NCBI GenBank assembly: GCA_030390025.1
Contig: CM059432.1
Coordinates: 5,518,001 to 5,582,000 of the forward strand
Length of the DNA: 64,000 nucleotides
Direction: 5' to 3'
Source: Squalus acanthias
Lineage: Eukaryota
A program made the position numbers and the translations under genes. Below the pieces are notes generated by a model. The model worked only from the letters and a program-made list of their open reading frames with translations. It made no database searches and was not told the DNA's origin. Below, one piece after another: positions 47,311 to 59,390 of this stretch; within the stretch, counting starts at the first letter, position 1, and each line of letters opens with the position of its first letter.

Positions 47311-50300
47311 CTGTAATATATATTATTCTGCAGGTGAAGCAGAGTCCCTGTGCAGATTGGGAATATACTCCATCAATTCTGGGCTACAGCTCACCAGCAC
47401 CTAGTGCAAGTCACACTTAAATGGTGGGAAAGGGGAGAGGGAAGTCAGTCTGACTTCTCATGGACTCAATGATCTGCTAAGGAAAACAAGCCTCTCTATA
47501 GCACCTTTCATGACCGCTGGACGTCCCAAAGCACTTTACAGCCAACGAAGTACTTTTTGAAGTGTAGTCACTGTTGTAATGTAGGAAACGCAGCAGCCAA
47601 TTTGCACACAGAGGCGTCTCAACTCCTGACTCCCCAAAGCCTTTCCACCATCTACAAGGCACAAGTGTGATAGAATACTCTCGACTTGCCTGGATGAGTG
47701 CAGCTCCAACAACACTCAAAGAAGCTCGACACCACCCAGGACTATGCAGCCCGCTTGATTGGCACCCCATCCACCACCTTAAATATTCACTCCCTCCACC
47801 ACCGGCGTACCGTGGCTGCAGTGTGTACCATCTACAAGATGCACTGCAGCAACTCGCCAAGGCACCACCCAAACCCGCGACCTCTACCACCTAGAAGGAC
47901 AAGGGCAGCAGGCGCATGGGAACCCCACCACCTCCAAGTTCCCCTCCAAGTCACACACCATCCTGACTTGGAAGTATATCGCTGATCCTTCATCGTCGCT
48001 GGGTCAAAATCCTGGAACTCCCTCCCTAACAGCACTGTGGGAGTACCTTCACCACACGGACTGCAGCGGTTCAAGGCAGTGGCTCACCACCATCTTCTCA
48101 AGGGCAATTAGAGATGAATAAGAAATGCTGGCCTTGCCAGCGACACCCACATTCCAGGAGTGAAAAAAAACCACAGCAAGATCCCACAAGCAGCAATGTG
48201 ATAATGACCAGATAATCTGTTTTAGTGATGTTGATTGAGGGATAAATATTGGCCAGGACACCAGGGATAACTCCCCTGCTCCTCTTCAAAATAGTGTTGA
48301 GATCTCTTTTACGCCCATCTGAGCGAGCAGACGGGGCCTCGGTTTAGCGTCTCTTCCAAAAGACAGCACCTCAGACACTGTAGCACACCCTCAGTACTGC
48401 ACGAGAATGTCAGCCTAGATTTTGTGCTCAAGTCTCTGGAGTGGGACTTGAACCCACAACCTTCTGACTCAGAAGAGAGTGCTACCCACTGAGCCACGGC
48501 TGACACACTAACTCAGTAGTTCTCATACTGGGGTCTGCAGAGTGCTTACCGAACAGGGGGTTTATCCAAACGGCAATTTTTAATAGGGCTGGTCCAGAGG
48601 ATTGGCAGCTTGAATCTCCTGAAGCAGGTCGACTCCTGCAACCAACATTAAGAAAAGATTTCACCCATTCACGCTCATGTATTGATCCCAGCCTTCCCGA
48701 GGATCTAAGTATTTACTGCTCTGATCGCACTTTAAACAAGGTGGCTCTGCGCAAATATTTATTAGACACTTGAGAATGGTTTGCCGATAGCAGATACTGA
48801 GCAAAAGCAAACTACGGGATGGGTTGCTTCAGTTGTGTGATGCCAAACTGCTTCACGTCATTGGCAATCTGATCCGAACACTTAGGCCAGGATTTTCCGG
48901 GGTGGTAGCGGGTGCAATCGGAGGCGGATCGGTGGGAAATTTGTTATTTTTTGGGAGCGGGGTCAGGAACCCGCTGTCATCCCACTCCCACCCGCCTTTT
49001 CCCCCAGGCGTGTCTGTCAGTGCGGACTCGACCCGACCGGCAGAGGCGGGCGACCCAATTTAAGTTATTAGTAGCTAGTTGTCAGACCCTTAAGAGTGGT
49101 TTTAACCTTACCTTTTAAATTTAACTGGGTGGCCACGGGAAACACGCTGCTCGGGAACCACGTGTCAACCTGAGGCGGGAGTTCAGTGGTCATTGCTCCA
49201 GCTGATTAGTTGACAGCATCAAATGTAATATAAAAGCACCCATCTGACAGATGATCACTTTCCTCAGCAGAAGCTGTTTCTCTCTGCATTCCCAGCAGAT
49301 TCTGCAGGCTGCAGTCTTTCCAGCAAAGTCTCCATCCAGTGTCACCTCACTGGAAGAACCTCTCACCGTTGAAAGATGGTTTGTCATAGAGTTATACAGC
49401 ACAGAAAGAGGCCCTTCGGCCCATCGTGTCCGCGCCGGCCATCAAGCCCTGTCTATTTTAATCCCATTTTCCAGCACTCAGTCCGTAGCCTTGTATGCTA
49501 TGGCGTTTCAAATGCTCATCTAAATGCTTTTTGAATGTTGTGAGGGTTCCTGCCTCTACCATCCTTTCAGGCAGTGAGTTCCAGATTCCAACCACCCTCT
49601 GGGTGAAAAAGTTTTTCCTCAAATCCCCTCTAAACCTCCTGCCCCTTACCTTGAAGCTATGCCCCCTGGTTATTGACCCCTCTACTAAGGGGAAAAGTTC
49701 CTATCTACCCTATCTATGCCCCTCATAATTTTGTACACCTCAATCAGGTCCCCCCTCAGCCTTCTCTGCTCTAAGGAAAACAACCCCAGCCTGTGCAGTC
49801 TCTTCATAGCTGAAGCGCTGCAGCCCAGGTAACATCCTGGTGAATCTCCTCTGCACCCTCTCCAATGCAATCACATCCTTCCTATAGTGTGGCGACCAGA
49901 ACTGCACACAGTATTCCAGTTGTGGCCTAACTAGCGTTTTGTACAGCTCCATCATAACCTCCCTGCTCTTATATTCTATGCCTCGACTGATGAAGGCAGG
50001 TATCCCATGTGCCTTTTTAACCACCTTATCTACCTGTCCTGCTGCCTTCAGGGATCTATGTACATGCACGCCAAGGTCTCTCTGATCCTCTGTCCTTCCT
50101 AGGGTCCTACCATTCATTGTGTATTCCCTTGTCTTGTTAGTCCTCCCAAAATGCATCACCTCACACTTTTCAGGGTTAAATTCCATTTGCCACTGTTCTG
50201 CCCATCTGACCAACCCATCTATATCGTCCTGTAGCCTGAGGCTTCCCTCCTCGCTATTTACCACCCCACCAATTTTCGTGTCATCTGCAAACTTACTGAT

Positions 50301-50841
50301 CATACCTCCTACGTTCATATCTAAATCATGAATGTACACTACAAACAGCAAAGGACCCAGCACCAATCCCTGCGGTACACCACTGGACACAGGCTTCCAG
50401 TCACAAAAACAACCTTCGACCATCACCCTCTGCCTCCTGCCACTAAGCCAATTTTGGATCCAATGTGCCAAGTTGCCCTGGATCCCATGGGCTTTTACCT
50501 TCTTGACCAGTCTCCCATGCGGGACTTTGTCAAAAGCCTTACTGAAGTCCATGTAGACTACATCAACTGCACTACCCTCATCCACACACCGTCACCCCCT
50601 CAAAAAATTCAATCAAATTGGTTAGACATGATCTCCCCCTGACAAAGCTATGCTGACTATCCTTGATTAATCCTTGCCTCTCCAAGTGGAGACTAATTCT
50701 GTCCCTCAGAATTTTTTCCAATAATTTCCCTACCACTGATGTTAGGCTCACTGGCCTGTAATTCCCTGGTTTATCCCTACTACCCTTCTTGAATAATGGT
50801 ACTACGTTAGCTGTTCTCCAGTCCTCTGGCACCTCCCCTGT

Positions 50842-52067
50842 AAGAACTCGCCCTCGTAAGAACGGGATATGATGCTCGACTCATCGATCGACAGTTCCGA
50901 CGGGCCACAGCGAAAAATCGCATAGACCTCCTCAGAAGGCAAACACGGGACACAACCAACAGGGTACCCTACGTCGTCCAGTACTTCCCCGGAGCGGAGA
51001 AACTACGCCATGTTCTTCGCAGCCTTCAACATGTCATCGATGACGACAAACACCTCGCTAAGGCCATCCCCACGCCTCCACTACTTGCCTTCAAACAGCC
51101 GCCTAACCTCAGAAGTACCATCGTTCGCAGCAAATTACCCAGCTTTCAGGATAACAGCGACCACGACACCACACAACCCTGCCATGGCAAACTCTGCAAG
51201 ACATGCCAGATCATCAACACAGATACCACCATCACACGTGAGGACACTACCCACCAGGTACATGGTACATACTCATGTGACTCGGCCAACGTTGTCTACC
51301 TCATACGTTGCAGGAAAGAATGCACCGCGGCATGGTACATCGGCGAGACCATGCAGACACTGAGACAACGTATGAACGAGCACCGCGCAACAATCGCCAG
51401 GCAGGATTGTTACCTCCCAGTCGGGGAACACTTCAGCAGTCAAGGACATTCAGCCTCGGATCTGCGGGTAAGCGTTCTCCAAGGCAACCTTAGAAACACA
51501 CGACAACGCAAAATCATCGAGCAGAAACTGATAGCCAAGTTCCGCACTCATGAAGACGGTCTCAATCGGGATCTTGGGTTTATGTCACGATACATGACGT
51601 GATCCGGACTCGAGTCGTCGTTAGCTTGTTCACAGATGTGATTCCCAGTAAAAAAGTAAAAATTTTCCCAGTAAAAAAGTAAATTTTTTTTAAAGCTTTT
51701 CGTTTTACATACAGACGGCAGCTTTTGACACGTTAGAACCCCTGCGACTACACCTCATTGTCTCAGTTGTATCTTGCTATGTCTTTTGATGTGGTACCTT
51801 CCTGGCTGACTTAATTAACTTTATCACACCTCGGCAGATAGTCAGGATGATTTAATTTATTGGTCTGCAATTGTAAAGTACACATGCTTTGTTTTCTATC
51901 TATATATGCTCTGGCGATTCTGTATCCAATTTACTTCACCTGAGGAAGGAGCAATTGATAGCTCCGAAAGCTTGTGATTTCAAATAAAACTGTTGGACTA
52001 TAACCTGGTGTTGTGCGACCTCTCAATTTTGTCCACCCCAGTCCAACACCGGCATCTCCGCATCATG
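50842..52067 (+). mobile_element. Penelope-like element (family B), 5'-truncated, with GIY-YIG endonuclease and a hammerhead in its 3' repeat
   Basis: Encodes CHGKLCKTCQII...NVVYLIRCRKEC..AWYIGETMQTLRQRMNEH. An 11-bp TSD ACCTCCCCTGT lies at 50831-50841 and 52068-52078. Confidence 0.9.
51936..51977 (+). ncRNA. Minimal hammerhead ribozyme core
   Basis: TCAC CTGAGGA A GGAGC-AATTGATA-GCTCC GAAA GCTT GTGA. Confidence 0.82.
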
Positions 52068-53439
52068 ACCTCCCCTGTGGCCAGAGAGGTTCTGAAAATT
52101 TGTGTCAGAGCCCATGCAATCTCCTCCCTTGCCTCACACAGCAGCCTGGGATACATCACGTCTGGGCCTGGGGATTTATCCACTTTTAAGCCCGCTAAAA
52201 CCGCTAGTACCTCCTCCCTCTCAATACTAATTTGTTCAAGTATATCAAAATCCCCCTGCCTGATTTCTATGCCTACATCGTCCTTCTCCATAGTGAACAC
52301 AGATGCAACATATTCATTTAAAACCCCACCTACATCTTCTGGCTCTACACACAGATTGCCACTTTGGTCCCTAATGGGCCCTACTCTTTCCCTGGTTATC
52401 CTCTTGCCCTTAATATACTTATAAAACACATTGGGATTTTCCTTTATTTTGCCCGCCAGTGTTATTTCATGCCCCCTCTTTGCTCTCCTAATTTCTTTTT
52501 TTAAGTACCCCCCTGCACTTTCTATACTCCTCTAGGGCTTCCACTATTTTTAGTCCTTTGTATCTGCCAAAAGCCTCCCTTTTTTCCCCTAATCCATTCT
52601 CGTATATCCCTTGACATCCAGGGTTCCCTGGGCTTGTTGGTCCCACCCTTGACCTTTACGGGAACATGTTCCCGTTATACACTCTATTTCCTTTCTGAAA
52701 GACTCCCGCTGCTCTGATGTGGATTTTCCTACAAGTAGCTGATCCCAGCCCACTTTGGCCAGATCCTGCCTTATCATATTAAAATCAGCCTTCCCCCAAT
52801 TTAGAACCTTTATCTCCGGTCCATCTTTGTCCTTTTCCATGACTACCTTAAATCTCACCGAATTATGGTCACCGTCACCAAAATGCTCTCCTACTAATAC
52901 TTCTACCACTTGCCCGGCTACATTCCCTAGAATTAGGTCCAGTACCGCCCCCTCTCTTGTAGGACTTTCTACATGCTGGCTCAAAAAGCTCTCCTGGATG
53001 CACTTTAAGAATTCTGCACCCTCTAAGCCTTTCACACTGGCTATCCCAGTTAATATTGGGGAAGTTGAAATCCCCTACTATTATTACCCTATTATTTCTA
53101 CACTTCTGAGATTTGCCTACATATCTGTTCCTCTATCTCCCCGATTGTTTGGGGGCCTATAGTACACTCCCAGCAAAGTGCTTGCCCCCTTTTTGTTTTT
53201 AAGTTCTACCCATATGGCCTCATTAGAGGAATCTGCGAAGATATCATCCCTCCTTACAGCAGTAATTGACTCCTTGATTAATATTGCAACACCCCCTCCT
53301 CTTTTACCCCCCCCCCCCCTGAAGATTCTATACCCCGGAATGTTGAGCTGCCAGTCCTGCCCCTCCCTCAACCATGTCTCTGTGATAGCAACAATATCAC
53401 TTCATCTCTACTTCACCTGCCATCTATTCCTTCAGCATG

Positions 53440-54510
53440 GGTGCCCTTTATACTCTCACCTTGGTCCTCAGAATCTGACCACAATGAAGCCCAACACCAG
53501 CAGCACCAACACCACCAATCTTCTCCGCAATCACGATGCACAGGACAGAGGGCATCAGCACCCGACCACATTGCTGCCTGGGAGGCCAGGGATGGCCTCA
53601 TGGCCAGATTTACTTCACTTTACACCCATATGGCTGCCACGATGCACCAGGTTGGCACCACCCCACAGCAACACCATAAAGCATCCCTGCAATGACCAAG
53701 CCATTCCTTGCACACTCACCACCATTGCTGGAGGTAGTTGTCTCATCATTCATTAAGCCACTTACAAAAGTGCACACAAATCTGTTGAAAATAAAGATTT
53801 TTATGTTTGCCAGCACATTAATGGAAACTTTACATAAATATTGGATAAAATACCAAAGTGGCCTCCTTGTGTTAGTTGGTATGATTGCACTTGGATGAGG
53901 GCGAGGGCTGGCTAGAGAGATGGGGATGTGATGACATGCAAGGTATGTTGGTGTAAGGATGTGCAGGGTAGGGTTGGGAAAGCAGAGTAATAGGGATGTG
54001 ATGAGGCACAGCAGGATGAAGGTGAGTGTGGCTTTGTACTAACATTTCCTGATCTAATTGAGATCATTGAAACATTTGCGGCACTGCACCCAGGTCTCTT
54101 GACCACATCCCTGCTTGTGACCTCCTCTGCAATCAGGCTGTTTTGTTGTCTTGGGGAGGTCTGTTCCACCCATTGGAAGGGATGGGGACCTCCCTGCGTG
54201 CTCGGACTCCCTCCATAAGCATATGGAGGGAGTCATGGGAGAGCCTGGGTGCAGCCCTCTGTCTCTGTGCAGTCATCGTCAGTGTTTGCAGCACTCCAAT
54301 GCTGGAGTGCACTGGCAGCACTATGTTACACTGACATTCAAATCCAATGTGGCCATGGACCCTTTAAAGATCCCAGCTGAAAAATCATCATCGATGAAGT
54401 CACCAAACCCGCACCATTTAATTGGGCCGGGTAACACGCAGGGCAGACTTAATAGGCTCTATTAAGGGAAGGTCATAGCGAAACTCAGTAAAAAAATTCC
54501 CGACTCCAGT
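53440..54510. mobile_element. Decayed PIF/Harbinger transposon: transposase C-terminus (+) and Myb/SANT-like gene (-)
   Basis: The - strand at 54276-54045 gives RAAPRLSHDSLHMLMEGVRARREV...IAEEVTSR...TWVQCRKCFNDL, with a stop and frameshifts. The + strand near 53575-53615 gives AAWEARDGLMARFT, which resembles Harbinger transposase ends. Confidence 0.7.
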
Positions 54511-57500
54511 GAAGCAAAAGGTGAGAAATAACAATCTCTCAAACCTCACAAATTCATTGAAATGTGCAATAGAACAATGATCATACATCACTTCCAGAGG
54601 CAGCGAAACAAAGAGCACCAGCTGGTCGGCAACTCCTTTCAGCATTGATGCCAACGTTTGTGAAGTCAAAGCAAGAAAGACTTGCATTTATAAAGCGCCT
54701 TTCACGACCACTGGACGTCCCAAAGCGCTTTACAGCCAATGAAGTACTTTTTGAAACACGGCAATTTTGCGCACAGCAAGTTCCCACAAACAGCACTCCA
54801 GTATTCGAGCGAGTACCATTTTGAAATAAAAATACATTTTTGGAAGTTTATTAATTTTACCAAAATGTCACTTGCAAAAGAAGTTGCCTTGCAGAATTTG
54901 TGCATCTTTTAATATCTCCTTTTTCTGTATTTTTCTGCTGCTCGCTTTTACTTATTGGCAGCTCTCGTTTTCTCCTTTCTTATCCCAGTACCACCTCATA
55001 CACAAACGAATCCCAGTTGAGAATTGCGCGCGGTTCTGGGCACCTCATTAGAGGAAATATATTAAGAGCCATAGGAATGCTGTAGCTAAGATTAACTAGC
55101 ATGATTCTAGTTATGAAGGCGTAAAATATTAGGACATTATTACTGGAACAGAGAAGACTGAGGGGGGGGGATCTAACAGGTTTTCAAAATTGTCACTGTC
55201 AAACATCACACCGAGGACAGACAGACCCTGCAGTGAGAAGCAGGCACACCCACCTCACTGATATCTGTAAGTAAATACCTGTTTTCTTAAAAGCATTATT
55301 AAAACACTTTTTACATGCAGCACTTTCATATTATATAGTATTATAATTTAGATGGGAGGGGTCCATGATTACTAATTCATTTGAAGAGGGCTCCTTCAAC
55401 CAAAAAAGTTGAGAACTGCAGACAATGGGCTGAATGGCCTCCTCCTGTGCTGTAAATTTCTATTAATAACCACTGTTGTCTCTCACCTCAGGAGGGCACA
55501 AGAATTAACAGTGTGGCTTTAAGGTGACAAAGTGAAACACGGGAGCACTTGAATACATCATATAATGCTCTCCTTATAAAAGCGAGCATATCTTCTGACA
55601 AGAAATATTTATATACATCAAATTCATATTTAAAAAAATTAGCTCCAAAAAGATTGTCCCTCACCGGGAGTGCCAGTCTGCAATAAGCTGATGCTCTGTA
55701 CATGATCGGCACTATACTAAATGTTGAACCGCTGTTCATATTCATGGCATAAATACAGCACTCAAGCACCAGAAGCATGTGGCTCTGCTCCAATCTTTGA
55801 GCGAATACCGTAACAACTTACGAGAGGCATCTGAAGTACCAGCACCGTAACTTTTTTTAAATATATAAATCGAGAAACCAAGGTAAAGGGCCAATGCCTA
55901 ATGCAGCACACCAAGCTCGAAATGAATTGGAGCAAAGACAAGGTGTCTCAAATCTTGCATTTTAAAGTCACAAGATTTCCATTAAAAGCTCAAACCGCCT
56001 TCCACAAAACAGCACGAATCATAGATTAGTACAGTACAGGAGGCTGCTATTCAGCCCATCGTGCCTGTGAAAGAGCTATGTTCTATGTTTCTATCCGGTT
56101 AGTCCCGCTCCCCTGCTTTCCCCATATCCCTGCAATTTATTCGCCTTCAAGTAGTTATCCAATTCCCTTTTGAAGGCTGCTATGAATCTGTATCCACCAC
56201 CCTATCGGGCAGTTAAAAGAAAGCCGGCATGGCTCGACAGGCCGATTGGCCTCCTCTGTGCTGTAACCATTCTGATTCAGTGCATTCCAAATCCTAGCCA
56301 CTCCTTGCGTAAAAAAGTTCTCATGTCGCCTCTGGTTCTTTTGCCAATCACCTTAAATCTGTGCCCTCTCGTTATCGACCCTTCAGCCATTGGAAACAGT
56401 TGCTCTTTGTTTACTCTATCTAATCCCTTCATGATTTTGAACACCTCTATCAAATCTCTTCGCCTTCTCTGCTCCAAGGAAAACAACCCCAGCTTCTCTA
56501 GTCTATCCACGAGATAAAGAAATTTAAAGATCAGATTGTCTGTGATAAGCTGCTGAAAAAGAATTCTAATGTTATACAAGTCTGTTTCAGCAGGAGTTCC
56601 AAGAAAATATATATAATTGCAAAATGTGCCAGATCTACAGAAAGTCTTTTTGTAAATATATGGTTAAAAAAGGGAAGCAGTTCAGGTAAATACACAAGCA
56701 CAAATACAAGCAACCCAATTTTAGGCAGCTAGGTATAACCAGCTCCAATTTTTTCCACTCTGCCATGTGCCAACTGACAAGATCAGTCACTCCCGGTGGA
56801 AAATTGCTGCTAAAACCCATGCAATATTGAGTTGCATGCTGCACCTAATCATTCCTGCCAAATTTAACACACATTAATTGGGTAGTTATTGCTGCCATGA
56901 CTAATGCACAAAATACAGTACATGCAAGTATTTAAAGCAACTTCTGCACAGTGCAAATAGTGTAATGGTTCAAAACCAGCAAGCTAAGCACAACAGTACA
57001 AGAAAATAAATCAAGCAACATCAGGAGTAATTTACATTAGAAAACACAAGGGGGGGGGGGGGTTAGGGGGAAACTAACGCATGCAACTGTGGCTACGTGT
57101 ACTATTCAAATAAGCTGATGAGTACAGTAGCAGCAAGGCATAAACATGGCTCATAGGAAACGAAGGTTATTGAGCTCCTCCAGACTATTGCACCATTTTA
57201 TTAGATCACTGCTGATTTGTACCCCAGCTCCTTATCCTTTTTAACATTGCCTAGCACAAATCTAACGATCCCAGTCTTTAAAATTTCAATTGACTCAGCA
57301 TTAAGTCTTGGGGTGGGTGGGGGGTAGTTCCAGATTTCCACGACAAAAAATTGCTTCTTGGTTTCACTCCTAACTGGTCTAGTTCTAATTTTAAGATTAT
57401 GCCTCATTGTTCTGGATTTGCCACAAGGAAATAGGATAGAGAAATGTTCAAATCCATTTATCATTTGAAGCACCACAATTAGATTACTCCTCAACCGTCT

Positions 57501-57686
57501 AAATGCAAGAAAATAAAGTGTATGAAACCTGTCCTCATAATTTAACCCTTTAGCCAAGACTCATTACCTGAATCACAAGTGAATGCAGCTTCAAAAAGTA
57601 CGGACATTAATTTCCGTTGACACCGTCAGTGTCAATGTTGTGAACGTAATTAAAAACAAAAACAGTTTGCCTTTTTACAGAATAAT

Positions 57687-57692
57687 TTTATT
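57687..57692 (-). terminator. RPL30 polyadenylation signal
   Basis: AATAAA on the - strand about 28 nt after the stop, consistent with the short 3' UTRs of ribosomal protein genes. Confidence 0.75.
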
Positions 57693-57719
57693 TGTAAAAT
57701 ATTTGAGTCACAGGCAAAT

Positions 57720-57769
57720 TTACTTTTCACTGATCTGCTCTGGCATGCTCCTGATGATATCAGAGTCAC
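57720..57769 (-). CDS. RPL30: 60S ribosomal protein L30, last coding exon
   Basis: Encodes GDSDIIRSMPEQISEK* with TAA. The four exons total 348 nt (115 aa). Confidence 0.96.
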
Positions 57770-58326
57770 CTGAAAAAGAGACATAAGATTGTCAATAGTG
57801 AAACAGATCCATCAGTTCAGTAGGTGCAACTTTCACTCAGAGTAACACACACATACATAAAGACTGGAAGTCAGATTAGGTCCAAAATATTGACCTTTAC
57901 CTCCAAAGTACTCATGGAAAGCAGACTTAAGTCTCCTCCGCACCAATTGATGGATATAGATGACACGTGTACGTGGCCACATCTAGTCACCTTGCAACAT
58001 CACATACTGAATATGCGTTATTGCACCAAGCATCAAGAACAGCCACGAGTTCGCTTCCAAAAAGTCAAAATAAAATATTCCCAACCGCAGCCATATGAAA
58101 CAAAACCATAACAGACAGGTCTTCACTGGATCTAGACACCAAGACCAAGTCAGAGCCACCTGGGCCCACTGCTCGATGCCAATCCACTGTATTGTCAGAG
58201 ACATACATTTCTACATCACCCCAAGTCAGTTCCCAATTAAAATGCGTGCTCTCGACCACGCTGAACAAAACCCCACCACCTTTCAGATGTGACAGACCAG
58301 GTTTATTACATTACATAATAAAGTAA

Positions 58327-58458
58327 AGTTGTTGCTGGCAAATATTACAACAGGACTTGGCAAACTAGCCCTGCGGACAATAAGCACAGCATTAATCTAG
58401 CGAATGTCTAGCCTGACTTGATCGGAGATAAAAATCAAGCCAGCGAGAATATTCGCAT
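58327..58458 (-). ncRNA. SNORA72: H/ACA box snoRNA SNORA72 (U72) in the last RPL30 intron
   Basis: The - strand reads ATGCGAATATTCTCGCTG...CAGGCTAGACATTCGCT, then an H box AGATTA, a second hairpin, and ACA three nt from the end. It matches my recollection of human SNORA72, which RPL30 also hosts. Confidence 0.88.
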
Positions 58459-58732
58459 TAAGAGTAAATTCTTGTATATATTCAAGTATCAATGGCTAAG
58501 CATGCAAGCGACTATGCCACTCATTCATGTACTGTACATGCGCAGAACAGTAATCCGACATGCAACCCCATGGTCACTTTCAACCTCAGCTAAAGTCCAA
58601 GCATGTGAAGATTAGTTTACATTAGTACCTTACTAGATCAATTACAATAATCAGATCCAATTATATGCGCTACTTTCAATGGGTTTTTAGCAGCGGTGTA
58701 CCCCAAGGAAACATGTTTTTGGAAGAACTTAC

Positions 58733-58863
58733 CAGGATCAATGATTGCCAGTGTGCACACTCTGTAGTATTTACCACAAGCTGTTCCTAGCTCAATATTG
58801 TTGCCGCTGTAGTGATGCACACCAGTCTTGGCTAACATAGCATAGTATTCAATCTCTGATTTC
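58733..58863 (-). CDS. RPL30: 60S ribosomal protein L30, third coding exon
   Basis: 131 nt encoding [44 protein letters not shown], with a CAG acceptor and GTAAGT donor. Confidence 0.97.
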
Positions 58864-59241
58864 CTGAAACAAATACAATTCACCATCAAAACAGTATCAT
58901 TACAATTTCATATCCTTTTATTGAGACAAGGCTATCCATTACAACAGACATTACTCCAATGCAAAACAAGGCACGGCAAATCTGGACAACTGATGGAAAG
59001 CACATTCAAAAAAAGTCAAAGGACAGGCTTTATACCAGTGATTTCAAACTTACAGCTATTTTGTGTAAAGGATGCAAAGAAAGCTGTTCAGACAACATTA
59101 CCATGTGTTCTATTAGTACAAACTTACCCCTCCAGCCAGCAATGCAGCTGGTTAGCTCACAAATGGATTGATTCGAGGATAAACATTACAATCAGAGGCA
59201 ATCTTATGCAGAAACTTGGACTAAATTTAACACATTACAAC

Positions 59242-59390
59242 CAATGTTCCCGTTAATGTTTTTTTTGGGTGCGCGGCCCCTTAAAGGGGCTGCACGGTCC
59301 ATTCAAAATGCAGCGCCTGCGCAATTTAACTCATCGAAAAGCCGGTTGAGCGGCAGGTCCAGAGAGCTGCGCAGCTTAAAGGGAACATTG
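59242..59390. mobile_element. hAT-type MITE in an RPL30 intron
   Basis: Ends CAATGTTCCCGTTAA / TTAAAGGGAACATTG, with the same internal GGCCCCTTAAAGGGG motif as the other two copies. No TSD is recognisable. Confidence 0.75.

Larger units (their letters stand above)
49385..53398 (-). mobile_element. Long degenerate CR1 LINE (endonuclease and RT), interrupted by a Penelope-like element
   Basis: Minus-strand ORFs 53117-53371, 52589-53035, 51998-52429, 50578-50832 and 49740-50585 are consecutive pieces of CR1 ORF2. Confidence 0.9.

Noticed and set aside
54520..57150. A third gene between MATN2 and RPL30
   Set aside because: Only short ORFs with no recognisable domain or consistent exon chain, mixed with decayed CR1 and SINE pieces.
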